64,000 bases of DNA. Source: Bdellovibrionales bacterium. GTDB lineage: Bacteria > Bdellovibrionota > Bdellovibrionia > Bdellovibrionales > UBA840. The translations under genes were made by a program, and so were the position numbers. Location of the stretch: the NCBI GenBank assembly GCA_045110695.1, contig JBGCGH010000023.1:34238-98237 (forward strand), read 5' to 3'. Positions 37,115 through 45,787 of this stretch are shown one piece after another (the first letter of the stretch is position 1; each line of letters begins with the position of its first letter). Below the pieces are notes generated by a model, which worked only from the letters and a program-made list of their open reading frames with translations, did not search any database and had not been told where the DNA came from.

Positions 37115-38419
37115 TCATTCTGACCAATGTTTTTCCAATCTTGAGAGAGAGAAAAAACGGGAACAAAGAGCTGGGTGTTTAAAAGATAGTCCACCGATAG
37201 GTGGTTCGACATTCTTTTTAATAAATTCATCTATACATATACTTGTTTGTGTTGGGCTCATTCCTAAAAGCTCCATTACTTCCTCGGCGTAAGAAAAAAC
37301 AGATACTTTTCGAGATAGCATTATTCTAAGGCCCACTTCGTCAGCTATGTTTTCTTCTGAGTAGTAACGTATTCTCGATACTTCCTCCGCACTAGGCTTA
37401 TCTATGTTTTCATATCTCTCATTATAAATTTTTACAGCCCCCAGGATAAACTCAATCATATGAGTTTTAGTTTCAGACCATTCCTTATTAAACCTGAGCT
37501 GCTCATCCAATAACAATAGAGATCGGAACTGATTCACCAATTTACTGTCATAAGACTTAGCTTCCACGAAATAGCTAAAGCTAAGTCTGCTATCGGTTTT
37601 CTCTATAGAAAGTAAACCCGTAAAAAAGCTATTCAACTTCCTCTCAAAAGCTAGTAACTCCTCTTTGGAAGAATCATAATCGCCAAGCATCTCACTATAA
37701 GTATCAGGGTAAGAAAATTTATTGCCGCTGGCGTAAACCTCCAGAGCCTCTTCATCAAACTCCATCAACTCAAGGACCCGTACAAACAACGATGCTAAAA
37801 TAGTATTATCGTATAGAAGAAAGAGACCTCGATCCAATGTCCTCGAGTAGCCAACCGTTTCAACTAAATCATAAAGAGAGTTATACCTATCGTTGCCATA
37901 CAGTTCTTCCGAGGTAAATCGAGGTAGCCGGTATCCATTGTTTTTATCTTGAAAATAGTATCTCTTCGCCATATTTTTAAAACCATGGCCAAACTCATGA
38001 GCAATAATAAATACTAAGGCCTCATCACTCGTTTCCGAAAGAGTTTTGTAATCCATATAAATCATAATTCCCGTAGGATTGCCGGGTAAGTTGAGCCTCA
38101 ACACACTGGCATTTGCATGAGTTGCATGGTCTTTAGCTTGAGGATCAGACTCCACGAACAAATATACTTCATCTAAATTTAGCTGACTGATGCTTTTGTA
38201 TTTATAAAGTTCTGTACGAACAGACTCTGCCAATTGACTGAGTCTTTGGAACTGCGGGTCTTTACTGGTTAAATACACTGGCTCCTCTCCACGAGCGTAG
38301 CCATAAATTTCTTCCGTCGGTGAATGGTATTTCACCTCGCCCAAAAGACTCGGAGCCCATAAGCTTAGGACCAACACAATATAGATTTTACATGAACTAA
38401 ACACTTTATGTCTGCGCAT
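37115..38419 (-). CDS. Secreted HExxH metalloprotease-like protein
   Basis: Signal-like N-terminus (IYIVLVLSLWAPSLLG). Motif FIIAHEFGHGF. GGAGGATGA SD. Confidence 0.55.
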   Translation of the reverse strand: MRRHKVFSSCKIYIVLVLSLWAPSLLGEVKYHSPTEEIYGYARGEEPVYLTSKDPQFQRLSQLAESVRTELYKYKSISQLNLDEVYLFVESDPQAKDHATHANASVLRLNLPGNPTGIMIYMDYKTLSETSDEALVFIIAHEFGHGFKNMAKRYYFQDKNNGYRLPRFTSEELYGNDRYNSLYDLVETVGYSRTLDRGLFLLYDNTILASLFVRVLELMEFDEEALEVYASGNKFSYPDTYSEMLGDYDSSKEELLAFERKLNSFFTGLLSIEKTDSRLSFSYFVEAKSYDSKLVNQFRSLLLLDEQLRFNKEWSETKTHMIEFILGAVKIYNERYENIDKPSAEEVSRIRYYSEENIADEVGLRIMLSRKVSVFSYAEEVMELLGMSPTQTSICIDEFIKKNVEPPIGGLSFKHPALCSRFFSLSRLEKHWSE

Positions 38420-38629
38420 CTTAAGTCATCCTCCGTCAGCAAAAAGCTTGCTGTTTTGAGCCCGAAAAAGCATAACTCTCAGAGCCTCGAACTAGTAAAC
38501 TGCAAATCGTAATCCAAGCCAGTTTCATCTTAATCATATTGATTTTATTTGTAGTTTAGGGCCCAAATGACCCTTGGTTCCCAGCTCAAAACTCAAGCCC
38601 AATAGCGCTTCGCATTATCCGCCTCCAAT

Positions 38630-38658
38630 TTGCCATTCGGACTAAAACCCGTTAGATT
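38630..38658 (+). promoter_or_regulatory. Promoter of the SRP RNA gene
   Basis: TTGCCA (38630-35), 17 nt spacer, TAGATT (38653-58). The predicted start at about 38666 coincides with the 5' arm of the SRP helix. Confidence 0.5.
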
Positions 38659-38663
38659 CCCCC

Positions 38664-38768
38664 AAGTCAGGTCCCATACAATATTTGGCTCGCGGACTCC
38701 GTCAGATCTGGAAGGAAGCAGCGGCAGTGAGTTCAGTATGTGCTGTGGGGTGCCTGGCACTTTTTTTT
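38664..38768 (+). ncRNA. ffs: Signal recognition particle RNA (small 4.5S type)
   Basis: Contains the universally conserved domain IV core GTCAGATCTGGAAGGAAGCAGCGGCAG (compare E. coli GUCAGGUCCGGAAGGAAGCAGCC). GGACTC/GAGTTC and flanking segments pair. Ends in a T8 run. Sits immediately upstream of dnaX as in many bacteria. Ends are approximate. Confidence 0.8.
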
Positions 38769-38781
38769 CGGGGCGAATTTT

Positions 38782-40554
38782 ATGTCATATGAGGTAATTG
38801 CAAGAAAATGGAGATCACAGTCCTTCGACGAACTCGTTGGTCAATCTCACATTTCGCAAACCCTTCTCAATGCCCTTAAAAAAGATCGCCTTCCTCATGC
38901 TATGCTTTTTACCGGCACTAGAGGAGTAGGTAAAACATCCAGTGCCAGGATTTTAGCTAAGGCTCTGCGTTGTCCAAACCAAGTAGATTTTAAACCATGC
39001 AACACTTGTAATGAGTGTGTTGATATCAGCAAATCTAGCAATGTAAATGTAATTGAAATTGATGGAGCATCTAATAATGGAGTAGATGCAATTAGAGAGC
39101 TAAGAGACTCTGTGGGATATATGCCCGCCTCTGGAAAGCATAAAGTATACATCATTGATGAAGTACATATGCTCTCCACCAGCGCTTTCAACGCCCTACT
39201 AAAAACTTTAGAAGAGCCTCCAAGTCATGTTATTTTTATTTTAGCTACAACAGAACCTCAAAAAATCCCTATCACTGTTCACTCTAGGTGTCAGAGATTT
39301 GATTTTAGACGTATTTCTACTAAAGAGATTCAGGCTCATCTTAAACACATCTGTGAAAAAGAAGAGATTACTTTTGATGCTGAAGCTCTATGGACCGTCG
39401 CTAGACAAGCGGATGGTTCAATGAGAGATAGCATGAGCTTACTAGATCAGGTGATTAGTTTTTCTAACGGTGAGCTGGTTGCAGACAAGGTATTTAACGT
39501 ACTCGGTCTCACCGACAGACAAATTTTGGTGGATACATTAGATGCTTTGGTAAATCGAAACGATGACAAAATCATTGAGGTTATTGAGAAACTTCACTCT
39601 AGTGGAACCGACCCTAAACAATTTGCTGAAGATCTAATAGAGGAAATACGAAACCTACTTTTTGTAAAACTAGAAACTCCTAAGTTAGAAGACATCGTTG
39701 ATGTACCAGAATCAGAAGTGGAGCTTCTTAGAACTCATGCCTCACTCTTGAGTAATGAAGATATTCATATGTTGTTTGATATGGCCCTAAAAGGGGGAAA
39801 TGACATACCCAAATCAGAGAATCCCGGCATTGTCCTTGAGATGATGCTACTGCGGATGACCGCTGCACCAAAGATTGCTCAAATTGTTGGATCACCAACG
39901 GTTCAAAAAAAAAATCTAAACTCTGAGAGCCAAAGAAATGAGACCACTAAGCAGCAAGCAACTGCGAGCGCAAGTAGTAATAATACCGAAAATAAAACTG
40001 CGCAAAAAGAAACTATTAATACAGAAACAAGAAAAATAATCCCATCTACCGAACGGGACAGTAAACCCAATATAAGACCAGACAGTAGTAATATTAAGGT
40101 AAATAATAAGCTAGAGCCAAAGGCTCCCTATCTGGAGGATCTATCTCTTCAAGAGAACTGGAATAGAGCGGTTCAATATGGAAAAAGTAAACAGCCGATG
40201 TTAATGGCTAAGCTTGAGCATTGTATTCCTTTAAATAAATCTATGGACTCCATGGAGTTTGGATTTGTAAAAACTAAGGTGTTCCTAAAAGAAACCTTGG
40301 GCGAGCGATCCTTGATGGATAAAATCCTGCATTGGTTAAACGAAACTTGGGGCACCGAATTAAGTAAAATGAGCTTTAACGGAATAGATACTCCTCCAGA
40401 GAATAGAAATTTATCCCCAAAAGAGTACGAAGCGCAGCAAGAAAACTTGGAACAAGAGAGAATTGAGCGTAGCATTGAAGCCAATCCCTTAGTTCGAGCA
40501 AGTATAGAAATTTTTAACGCTAAAATTAAAGACATTCAGGAGATGAAGAAATGA
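38782..40554 (+). CDS. dnaX: DNA polymerase III subunit tau (and probable gamma)
   Basis: MSYEVIARKWRSQSFDELVGQ..., Walker A GTRGVGKTS, IIDEVHML, SRCQRF. Start at ATG 38782; the track start at 38740 would overlap the SRP RNA 3' end. A10 run at 39905-39914 (see findings). Confidence 0.95.
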   Translation: MSYEVIARKWRSQSFDELVGQSHISQTLLNALKKDRLPHAMLFTGTRGVGKTSSARILAKALRCPNQVDFKPCNTCNECVDISKSSNVNVIEIDGASNNGVDAIRELRDSVGYMPASGKHKVYIIDEVHMLSTSAFNALLKTLEEPPSHVIFILATTEPQKIPITVHSRCQRFDFRRISTKEIQAHLKHICEKEEITFDAEALWTVARQADGSMRDSMSLLDQVISFSNGELVADKVFNVLGLTDRQILVDTLDALVNRNDDKIIEVIEKLHSSGTDPKQFAEDLIEEIRNLLFVKLETPKLEDIVDVPESEVELLRTHASLLSNEDIHMLFDMALKGGNDIPKSENPGIVLEMMLLRMTAAPKIAQIVGSPTVQKKNLNSESQRNETTKQQATASASSNNTENKTAQKETINTETRKIIPSTERDSKPNIRPDSSNIKVNNKLEPKAPYLEDLSLQENWNRAVQYGKSKQPMLMAKLEHCIPLNKSMDSMEFGFVKTKVFLKETLGERSLMDKILHWLNETWGTELSKMSFNGIDTPPENRNLSPKEYEAQQENLEQERIERSIEANPLVRASIEIFNAKIKDIQEMKK

Positions 40555-40868
40555 AAGGTTTTCCCGGTGGCGGTATGCAGGGCATGATGCGCCAAATGAA
40601 TCAGATGAAGAAGAAAATGGAAAAGCTACAAGAGGAGCTAGCCGAGCGTGAGTATATCGGCACAGCCGGTGGTGAAGCCGTAAAAGTTACAGTTAAAGGA
40701 GAGAGTAATATCTCTGCCATTGAAATTAATGATGATGTGATGGAAGACAAAGAGATGCTAACGGATATGTTAGTCATCGCCGCCAATGACGCATTAAAAT
40801 CAGCCAAAGAAGAATCAGAAAGAGAAATGAGTAAAGTTACCGGTCCTCTTGGCATGATGGGAATGTAA
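40551..40868 (+). CDS. ybaB: YbaB/EbfC nucleoid-associated protein
   Basis: 105 aa. MQGMMRQMNQMKKKMEKLQEEL followed by GTAGGEAVKVTVKG. ATGA overlap with dnaX. Conserved dnaX-ybaB-recR order. Confidence 0.9.
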   Translation: MKGFPGGGMQGMMRQMNQMKKKMEKLQEELAEREYIGTAGGEAVKVTVKGESNISAIEINDDVMEDKEMLTDMLVIAANDALKSAKEESEREMSKVTGPLGMMGM

Positions 40869-40871
40869 ATT

Positions 40872-41468
40872 TTGAAACAGATTGAGAGCCTTGTAAATTT
40901 GATTGAAGAACTCTCTAAGCTCCCTGGAGTTGGAGAGAGAAGCGCTACACGCCTGGCGCATTACATTCTTCGTAATCGTCAGCATTTTGCTGGAAGCTTG
41001 GCTCAGGCTCTAACTGATGTAAAAGACAAAATTCATCTATGCGAGAATTGTTTTTCCTATGCGGAAGAACAATTTTGCTACATCTGTGAAGATCTAAAAA
41101 GAAGCGAACCAACCATCTGCGTAGTAGAAGAAGCTTCTGATATTATGAAACTAGAAAAGTCCGGCCGCTTTCGCGGAAGGTATCATGTACTTCATGGAGC
41201 CATTGCACCGATGAAAGGAATTGGTCCATCGGATTTAAAAATCAACGAACTGATTCGAAGAATACAAGATAGCCCGGTAAATGAAGTGATTCTTGCTTTA
41301 GATGCTGATTTAGAAGGCGATACCACGGCTTTATATATTGCAAAAATGCTAGAAGGACATAAAATAAAGGTTACACGCTTAGCCCATGGAATTCCAATTG
41401 GTGGTGACCTTGAGTACATCGACCAACGCACCATAGGCCGAGCCTTTGAGAACCGCGTGGAGCTTTAA
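40872..41468 (+). CDS. recR: Recombination protein RecR
   Basis: HhH LPGVGERSATRLA. Zn-finger CENCFSY...CYIC. Toprim ICVVEEASD and DLEGDTTALYI. TTG start. Confidence 0.95.
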   Translation: MKQIESLVNLIEELSKLPGVGERSATRLAHYILRNRQHFAGSLAQALTDVKDKIHLCENCFSYAEEQFCYICEDLKRSEPTICVVEEASDIMKLEKSGRFRGRYHVLHGAIAPMKGIGPSDLKINELIRRIQDSPVNEVILALDADLEGDTTALYIAKMLEGHKIKVTRLAHGIPIGGDLEYIDQRTIGRAFENRVEL

Positions 41469-42059
41469 ATGTCCTTAGTGAACCCAGAGAATAAAGAGAT
41501 CATCTGTAAAGTTGTATACTACGGACCATCTCTCGGGGGAAAAACCACCAATGTTCAACATATCTTTAGCGAGACTTCACCTGGCGAAAAAGGCAAGCTG
41601 GAAGCCTTTGATGCAGAAACAGAGAGAACTCTCTTCTACGACTTCCTACCATTAGACATCGGTGAAATTCGCGGCTACCAAGTTCGGTTTCACGTGTACT
41701 CGGTTCCCGGCCAAGTTGTTTATGATGCTTCAAGAAAACTTGTAATGAAACTAGTAGACGGTATTGTCTTTGTTGCTGACTCACAAAAAGAAAGGATGGA
41801 AGAAAATATAAGCTCTCTTCGCAATCTTGAGGTTAACCTACAACAACAAGGGATAGAGATATCCGATATTCCTTTAGTCATTCAATACAACAAAAGAGAT
41901 CTTCCAAATGCAATGTCTGTGGAAGAAATGAGACTAGAGCTAAATAAATATAACGCTCCTGATTTTGAAGCTGTTGCTCAGGATGGAGTTGGAGTTTTTG
42001 AAAGCTTAAAATCAGTTTCTAAATCTATAGTTACAATTTTAAAGGGCGGGAAAATTTAG
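41469..42059 (+). CDS. mglA: MglA-type Ras-like GTPase (polarity/gliding regulator)
   Basis: Collinear with M. xanthus MglA: KEIICKVVYYGPSLGGKTTN, TLFYDFLPLDIGEIRG, YSVPGQVVYDASRKL, VIQYNKRDLPNA. ATG follows the recR stop directly (TAAATG). Confidence 0.9.
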   Translation: MSLVNPENKEIICKVVYYGPSLGGKTTNVQHIFSETSPGEKGKLEAFDAETERTLFYDFLPLDIGEIRGYQVRFHVYSVPGQVVYDASRKLVMKLVDGIVFVADSQKERMEENISSLRNLEVNLQQQGIEISDIPLVIQYNKRDLPNAMSVEEMRLELNKYNAPDFEAVAQDGVGVFESLKSVSKSIVTILKGGKI

Positions 42060-42439
42060 TTTTTAACAAAACACTTTGTTTCCATACCATAAAACTTCCT
42101 TCTATCTATCATATGAAATATAACAGCCCCATCACCCATTAGAGGCTCCGAAGCTTTATGGTGAACCACCCTAGCTCCTTCTTTACCTGGGAAATAAACA
42201 TTCAGCACTATGTGTGCGAGCGTATTACCATCTTTGTTTTTAGTTGTGGCGATGGCGGGGTGGTAGGCCATATTTACTATTTTAGCTTTTTTCCTAACAT
42301 CCCAACGACTATCAATTTTTTCAAAATACTCCGTTACAGTGTACTGCCTAATCCCATTTCCATCCAGCTCTGTAAACTCACACTCTATGCCAGCGCTAGC
42401 TAAGGAACTGAAAAAAACTATGGCTAAAAAATATTTCAT
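42056..42439 (-). CDS. Small secreted two-Cys protein (tandem pair, member 1)
   Basis: Start at ATG 42439 (GAGGAAAAT-ATG). Signal MKYFLAIVFFSSLASAG. Mature protein starts IECEFT and ends KCFVKN. Confidence 0.5.
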   Translation of the reverse strand: MKYFLAIVFFSSLASAGIECEFTELDGNGIRQYTVTEYFEKIDSRWDVRKKAKIVNMAYHPAIATTKNKDGNTLAHIVLNVYFPGKEGARVVHHKASEPLMGDGAVIFHMIDRRKFYGMETKCFVKN

Positions 42440-42446
42440 ATTTTCC

Positions 42447-42815
42447 TCATAGATTACCAGCACAGAAGACTTTTCCACCGTCCGTTGAGCTTTGCTCGTG
42501 TATATCAATTAAAATCTCATAATTCTTAGATATAGGCGCACTCAAACTAAAAGCCTCTGTGAAGTCCAGCTCCTCTGAACTCAAGGTACCTGAGAATACA
42601 AACTGATTTCCACCCATGATTTTTAAAACAGAATTTAACTCAAACTCTCCAAAGTTTTCGGAGTAGGAAATCTCTCGATACAATTTTGTCTGAAACTCTA
42701 CTTTTGAGCTCGCTTTCACTTCTCCCTCTGAGCCAAACAAGGTTATCTCACACACAACACCGGCATGAAGAATACTTGTAAAGAATAAAAATATTGAGAA
42801 AATGATTTGCTTCAT
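42447..42815 (-). CDS. Small secreted two-Cys protein (tandem pair, member 2)
   Basis: Signal MKQIIFSIFLFFTSILHAG. Mature protein starts VVCEIT and ends VFCAGNL. G6 SD (GGGGGGCCCT-ATG). Confidence 0.5.
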   Translation of the reverse strand: MKQIIFSIFLFFTSILHAGVVCEITLFGSEGEVKASSKVEFQTKLYREISYSENFGEFELNSVLKIMGGNQFVFSGTLSSEELDFTEAFSLSAPISKNYEILIDIHEQSSTDGGKVFCAGNL

Positions 42816-43124
42816 AGGGCCCCCCGACGGTTATTGAAGATAGGGGGACTCTATCTAAATATGAATACCTCTTCGACCAAAAAATCTAGAGGAGATAAAT
42901 TTATAGTATTTTCACAATGAATACCGGCATATATTTACTATTTTATGCAATCCCATAACTAGTATTTATTTTAACACAAAGAAAAGCTCCCTATCTGCCC
43001 CTAATTATCGATCTATTGGGAAAAGATAAATCAGAAGTTTTGGGTGTCTGTAGTCTCGGAAATTGCGTATAATCTACAGTTGCCCAACGTGACATCAGAT
43101 TAAAACTGTTTTAGTCTCCCCTCC

Positions 43125-44069
43125 ATGAAAAGTATTGAAGAAAGAATAGAAGATCTAAAGCGCGAAAAAAATGCCGTAATTCTAGCTCACTACTATGAAG
43201 ACGGGGAAATTCAAGATATCGCTGATGAGGTGGGAGACAGCCTATTCTTGGCTCAAAAAGGGGCTGATAGCACTGCAGACGTTATACTACTAGCTGGCGT
43301 CGTATTTATGGGCGAAAGCGTAAAACTGCTTAGTCCTGAGAAAACAGTACTAGTTCCTGACCTTAAAGCTGGTTGCTCCCTTGTAGATAGTAGTCCTGCA
43401 AAAGAATATGCGGCCTGGAAAGCCAACAAGCCCGATTCAGTTCTAATTAGCTATATCAACTGTAGCGCTGAGGCAAAGGCCGTAAGCGATCTAATTTGCA
43501 CATCAAGTAATGCGGAAAAAATTGTTAATGCTGTCCCTGAATCTAAAAAAATACTCTTTGGGCCTGACAGAAACCTAGGTAATTTTCTAGCTAAAAAACT
43601 CAATCGCGAAATGGAAATGTGGCCAGGAAGCTGCGAAGTACATATGTTATTCCACGCCAAGGAACTCTTCAAATTAACACAGCAACACCAAGATGCCGTA
43701 GTTATTGCCCACCCTGAATGTGAACCTGAAGTATTGCAGTATGCCGATGTAGTGGGATCGACCTCTAGACTATTAAAAGAAGTAAGAGAAAACCCTGCAA
43801 AGAAGTTTATTGTCGCAACTGAGGATGGAATCTTTCACCAAATGAAAAAAGATAGACCAGATGCAGAGCTCATCCAAGCGCCCAATGCCGATGGTAATTG
43901 CGGATGTAATCAGTGTCCTTATATGAAATTAAATACTTTGGAAAAAATAGAGCAAGCATTGATTCATTTAAGTCCGACTGTAAAAATCGATGAGGCGATT
44001 ATGGATCGAGCTAGACTACCATTGGATAGAATGATGAAATTGAGCCGCGGCGAGACCATCGAACTGTAA
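43125..44069 (+). CDS. nadA: Quinolinate synthase
   Basis: NAVILAHYYEDGEIQDIADEVGDS, SYINCSAE, IAHPEC, CGCNQCPYMK. 314 aa. Confidence 0.95.
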   Translation: MKSIEERIEDLKREKNAVILAHYYEDGEIQDIADEVGDSLFLAQKGADSTADVILLAGVVFMGESVKLLSPEKTVLVPDLKAGCSLVDSSPAKEYAAWKANKPDSVLISYINCSAEAKAVSDLICTSSNAEKIVNAVPESKKILFGPDRNLGNFLAKKLNREMEMWPGSCEVHMLFHAKELFKLTQQHQDAVVIAHPECEPEVLQYADVVGSTSRLLKEVRENPAKKFIVATEDGIFHQMKKDRPDAELIQAPNADGNCGCNQCPYMKLNTLEKIEQALIHLSPTVKIDEAIMDRARLPLDRMMKLSRGETIEL

Positions 44070-44070
44070 T

Positions 44071-44586
44071 ATGGAAATAGTTGAGGTTACTTTAGATAAT
44101 TTTGGGTTGTATCATGAGCACTTCAATAGACTTGTAAAAGAGAATGGTCCTGAATTAAAAAACATCTACTCTCCTCTTATGGAAGATTCCGACTATGAAA
44201 GCCATCTCAAAAAGTTTAAAACCTTCTATCGAGGTAAGGGTCGACAAGGGCAAATTTTTGCTATCTTCAAATCTAATCATATGTATGGTTCTGTATCCTA
44301 CAAACAGAAGTATCCTTTAGAGGCTTACAAACACAGAGCCTCTCTAGCCATAGGAATAGAGAGAGATTATCAATCCAAGGGTTTTGGACTACAGCTTACC
44401 AAACTAGCCCTAGAGGCCTCTAAAAATTTTGGTTACGAGTATATGGACCTCGAGGTTTTTGATAGCAACCCTAAAGCTAAATCACTATATGAAAAACTAG
44501 GTTTTTTAGAGTATGGATTTATGTCAGATCATGCAAGAATTTATGGACACTCTGTAGGTAACTATTATATGTACCTGAAACTCTAA
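44071..44586 (+). CDS. GNAT family N-acetyltransferase
   Basis: IERDYQSKGFGLQLTKLALE (acetyl-CoA loop) and LYEKLGF. Starts 1 nt after the nadA stop. Confidence 0.8.
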   Translation: MEIVEVTLDNFGLYHEHFNRLVKENGPELKNIYSPLMEDSDYESHLKKFKTFYRGKGRQGQIFAIFKSNHMYGSVSYKQKYPLEAYKHRASLAIGIERDYQSKGFGLQLTKLALEASKNFGYEYMDLEVFDSNPKAKSLYEKLGFLEYGFMSDHARIYGHSVGNYYMYLKL

Positions 44587-45227
44587 AGCTTATGAAACCC
44601 ACTCATCGCAGATTCTGATAATATGGCAACAGCGTAATGTTGTGGTAGAAACCAAGCAATGGCCTCAGCGACCCCTGCCAACTCATGACTTGGCGGATTT
44701 CCCAAAGACTCCTGAGAAAACACAAGATCCCAAACTTCCTGGTCTTCACTTAGCATCATTAGCTTTGGTGCGAGCACGCCTTGCTGTTGAAAAAACTCTT
44801 TTAATATGTCTCTGACGTACAAAGGTAGATATTGTTCATTTGGGTTACCAGTATAATACTGCTTACCTTCTTCGATTCGCAACTCTGTGGGGCGATAATT
44901 AAGATTATCGCTTAAAAACCCACCCGTCTCTTTAAAGAACCATAACATCCCAAACGGAAAAACATAATCTGGTAAGTCTTTCATCGGATTAATTACAAGC
45001 CCAATACCTCTCTCCACACTCCAAGAAAGAATGTTCAAAAAGCTTTCTTTGCCATCAGGCTTTACTTCTAAAAGCATATACGGCCAAGTATCTGGACCCG
45101 GCTTTGGATCCGGATAAACTAGATCGACTTGAGCTGAAACTATCCATTTGAAAAACTCTATTTCCCACTCAGGAGTACGCTCGTCCTCTGGTAAATCCAA
45201 TAACTGAAAAAGTCGATCATCTGCCAT
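44583..45227 (-). CDS. Hypothetical cytoplasmic protein
   Basis: 214-aa ORF with coding-like composition. No motif I can name. Confidence 0.5.
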   Translation of the reverse strand: MADDRLFQLLDLPEDERTPEWEIEFFKWIVSAQVDLVYPDPKPGPDTWPYMLLEVKPDGKESFLNILSWSVERGIGLVINPMKDLPDYVFPFGMLWFFKETGGFLSDNLNYRPTELRIEEGKQYYTGNPNEQYLPLYVRDILKEFFQQQGVLAPKLMMLSEDQEVWDLVFSQESLGNPPSHELAGVAEAIAWFLPQHYAVAILSESAMSGFHKL

Positions 45228-45273
45228 GATCGACTTTTAGCATGAATCATCTGTAATGCAAGGGATACTGATT

Positions 45274-45693
45274 CTAGAGGAATTCGTCACCATCTAAATG
45301 ATGATGAAACTCTCCAGGAATGAGATCAAACAAACACTCCCTCCAGTATTCAGGAACTCCCTCAGAGTAATCTAAAGCTAGCTCAAAGGTGTTCTTATCG
45401 ATTCTTTTAGTTCGAACGATTAGAGCATCCATCTCTAACTCCATGGGATCAATATTAAGGGTAATAAAGCGCCCCTCTAAATCATCCAAATTAAAGTTAT
45501 TCTTCAGAGTTTTACTTAGATTGTCTCGTGTAACATGTATCAGCATACCGTTGACCGATAAATCGACTAACTCTGCCCGCTGGGCAAAATTTGGATATTT
45601 AGCAAATACAGAAAGTGAGCTTAAACCGATATGGCCGATGTGCTTTCTAATATTCTCTCTTCTACTTGGTTCTGTTTTCTTTTTAGCTTGCAT
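45274..45693 (-). CDS. PilZ domain protein (c-di-GMP receptor-like)
   Basis: RRENIR (RxxxR) and DLSVNG (D/NxSxxG) motifs at the canonical spacing. Confidence 0.7.
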   Translation of the reverse strand: MQAKKKTEPSRRENIRKHIGHIGLSSLSVFAKYPNFAQRAELVDLSVNGMLIHVTRDNLSKTLKNNFNLDDLEGRFITLNIDPMELEMDALIVRTKRIDKNTFELALDYSEGVPEYWRECLFDLIPGEFHHHLDGDEFL

Positions 45694-45787
45694 ATAGTAC
45701 TATCGGCTAGTCTAGCTTAAAAATTTAGGCAAATGGAAAATCATTTAAATTTTAAAGCGACCCATAATAGTGTGTGATAACATATAC

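Noticed and set aside
38740-38781. N-terminal extension of dnaX (MLWGAWHFFFGANF...)
   Set aside because: It overlaps the SRP RNA 3' stem and T8 run. The conserved DnaX N-terminus begins at MSYEVIARKW (38782).
42816-43124. Possible NAD+ (nadA-motif) riboswitch or other leader upstream of nadA
   Set aside because: I could not identify the tandem bulged-stem domains or conserved nucleotides by eye. Only a 6-bp hairpin (CTGTAG/CTACAG) around a TATAAT box is present. A covariance-model scan is needed to settle it.
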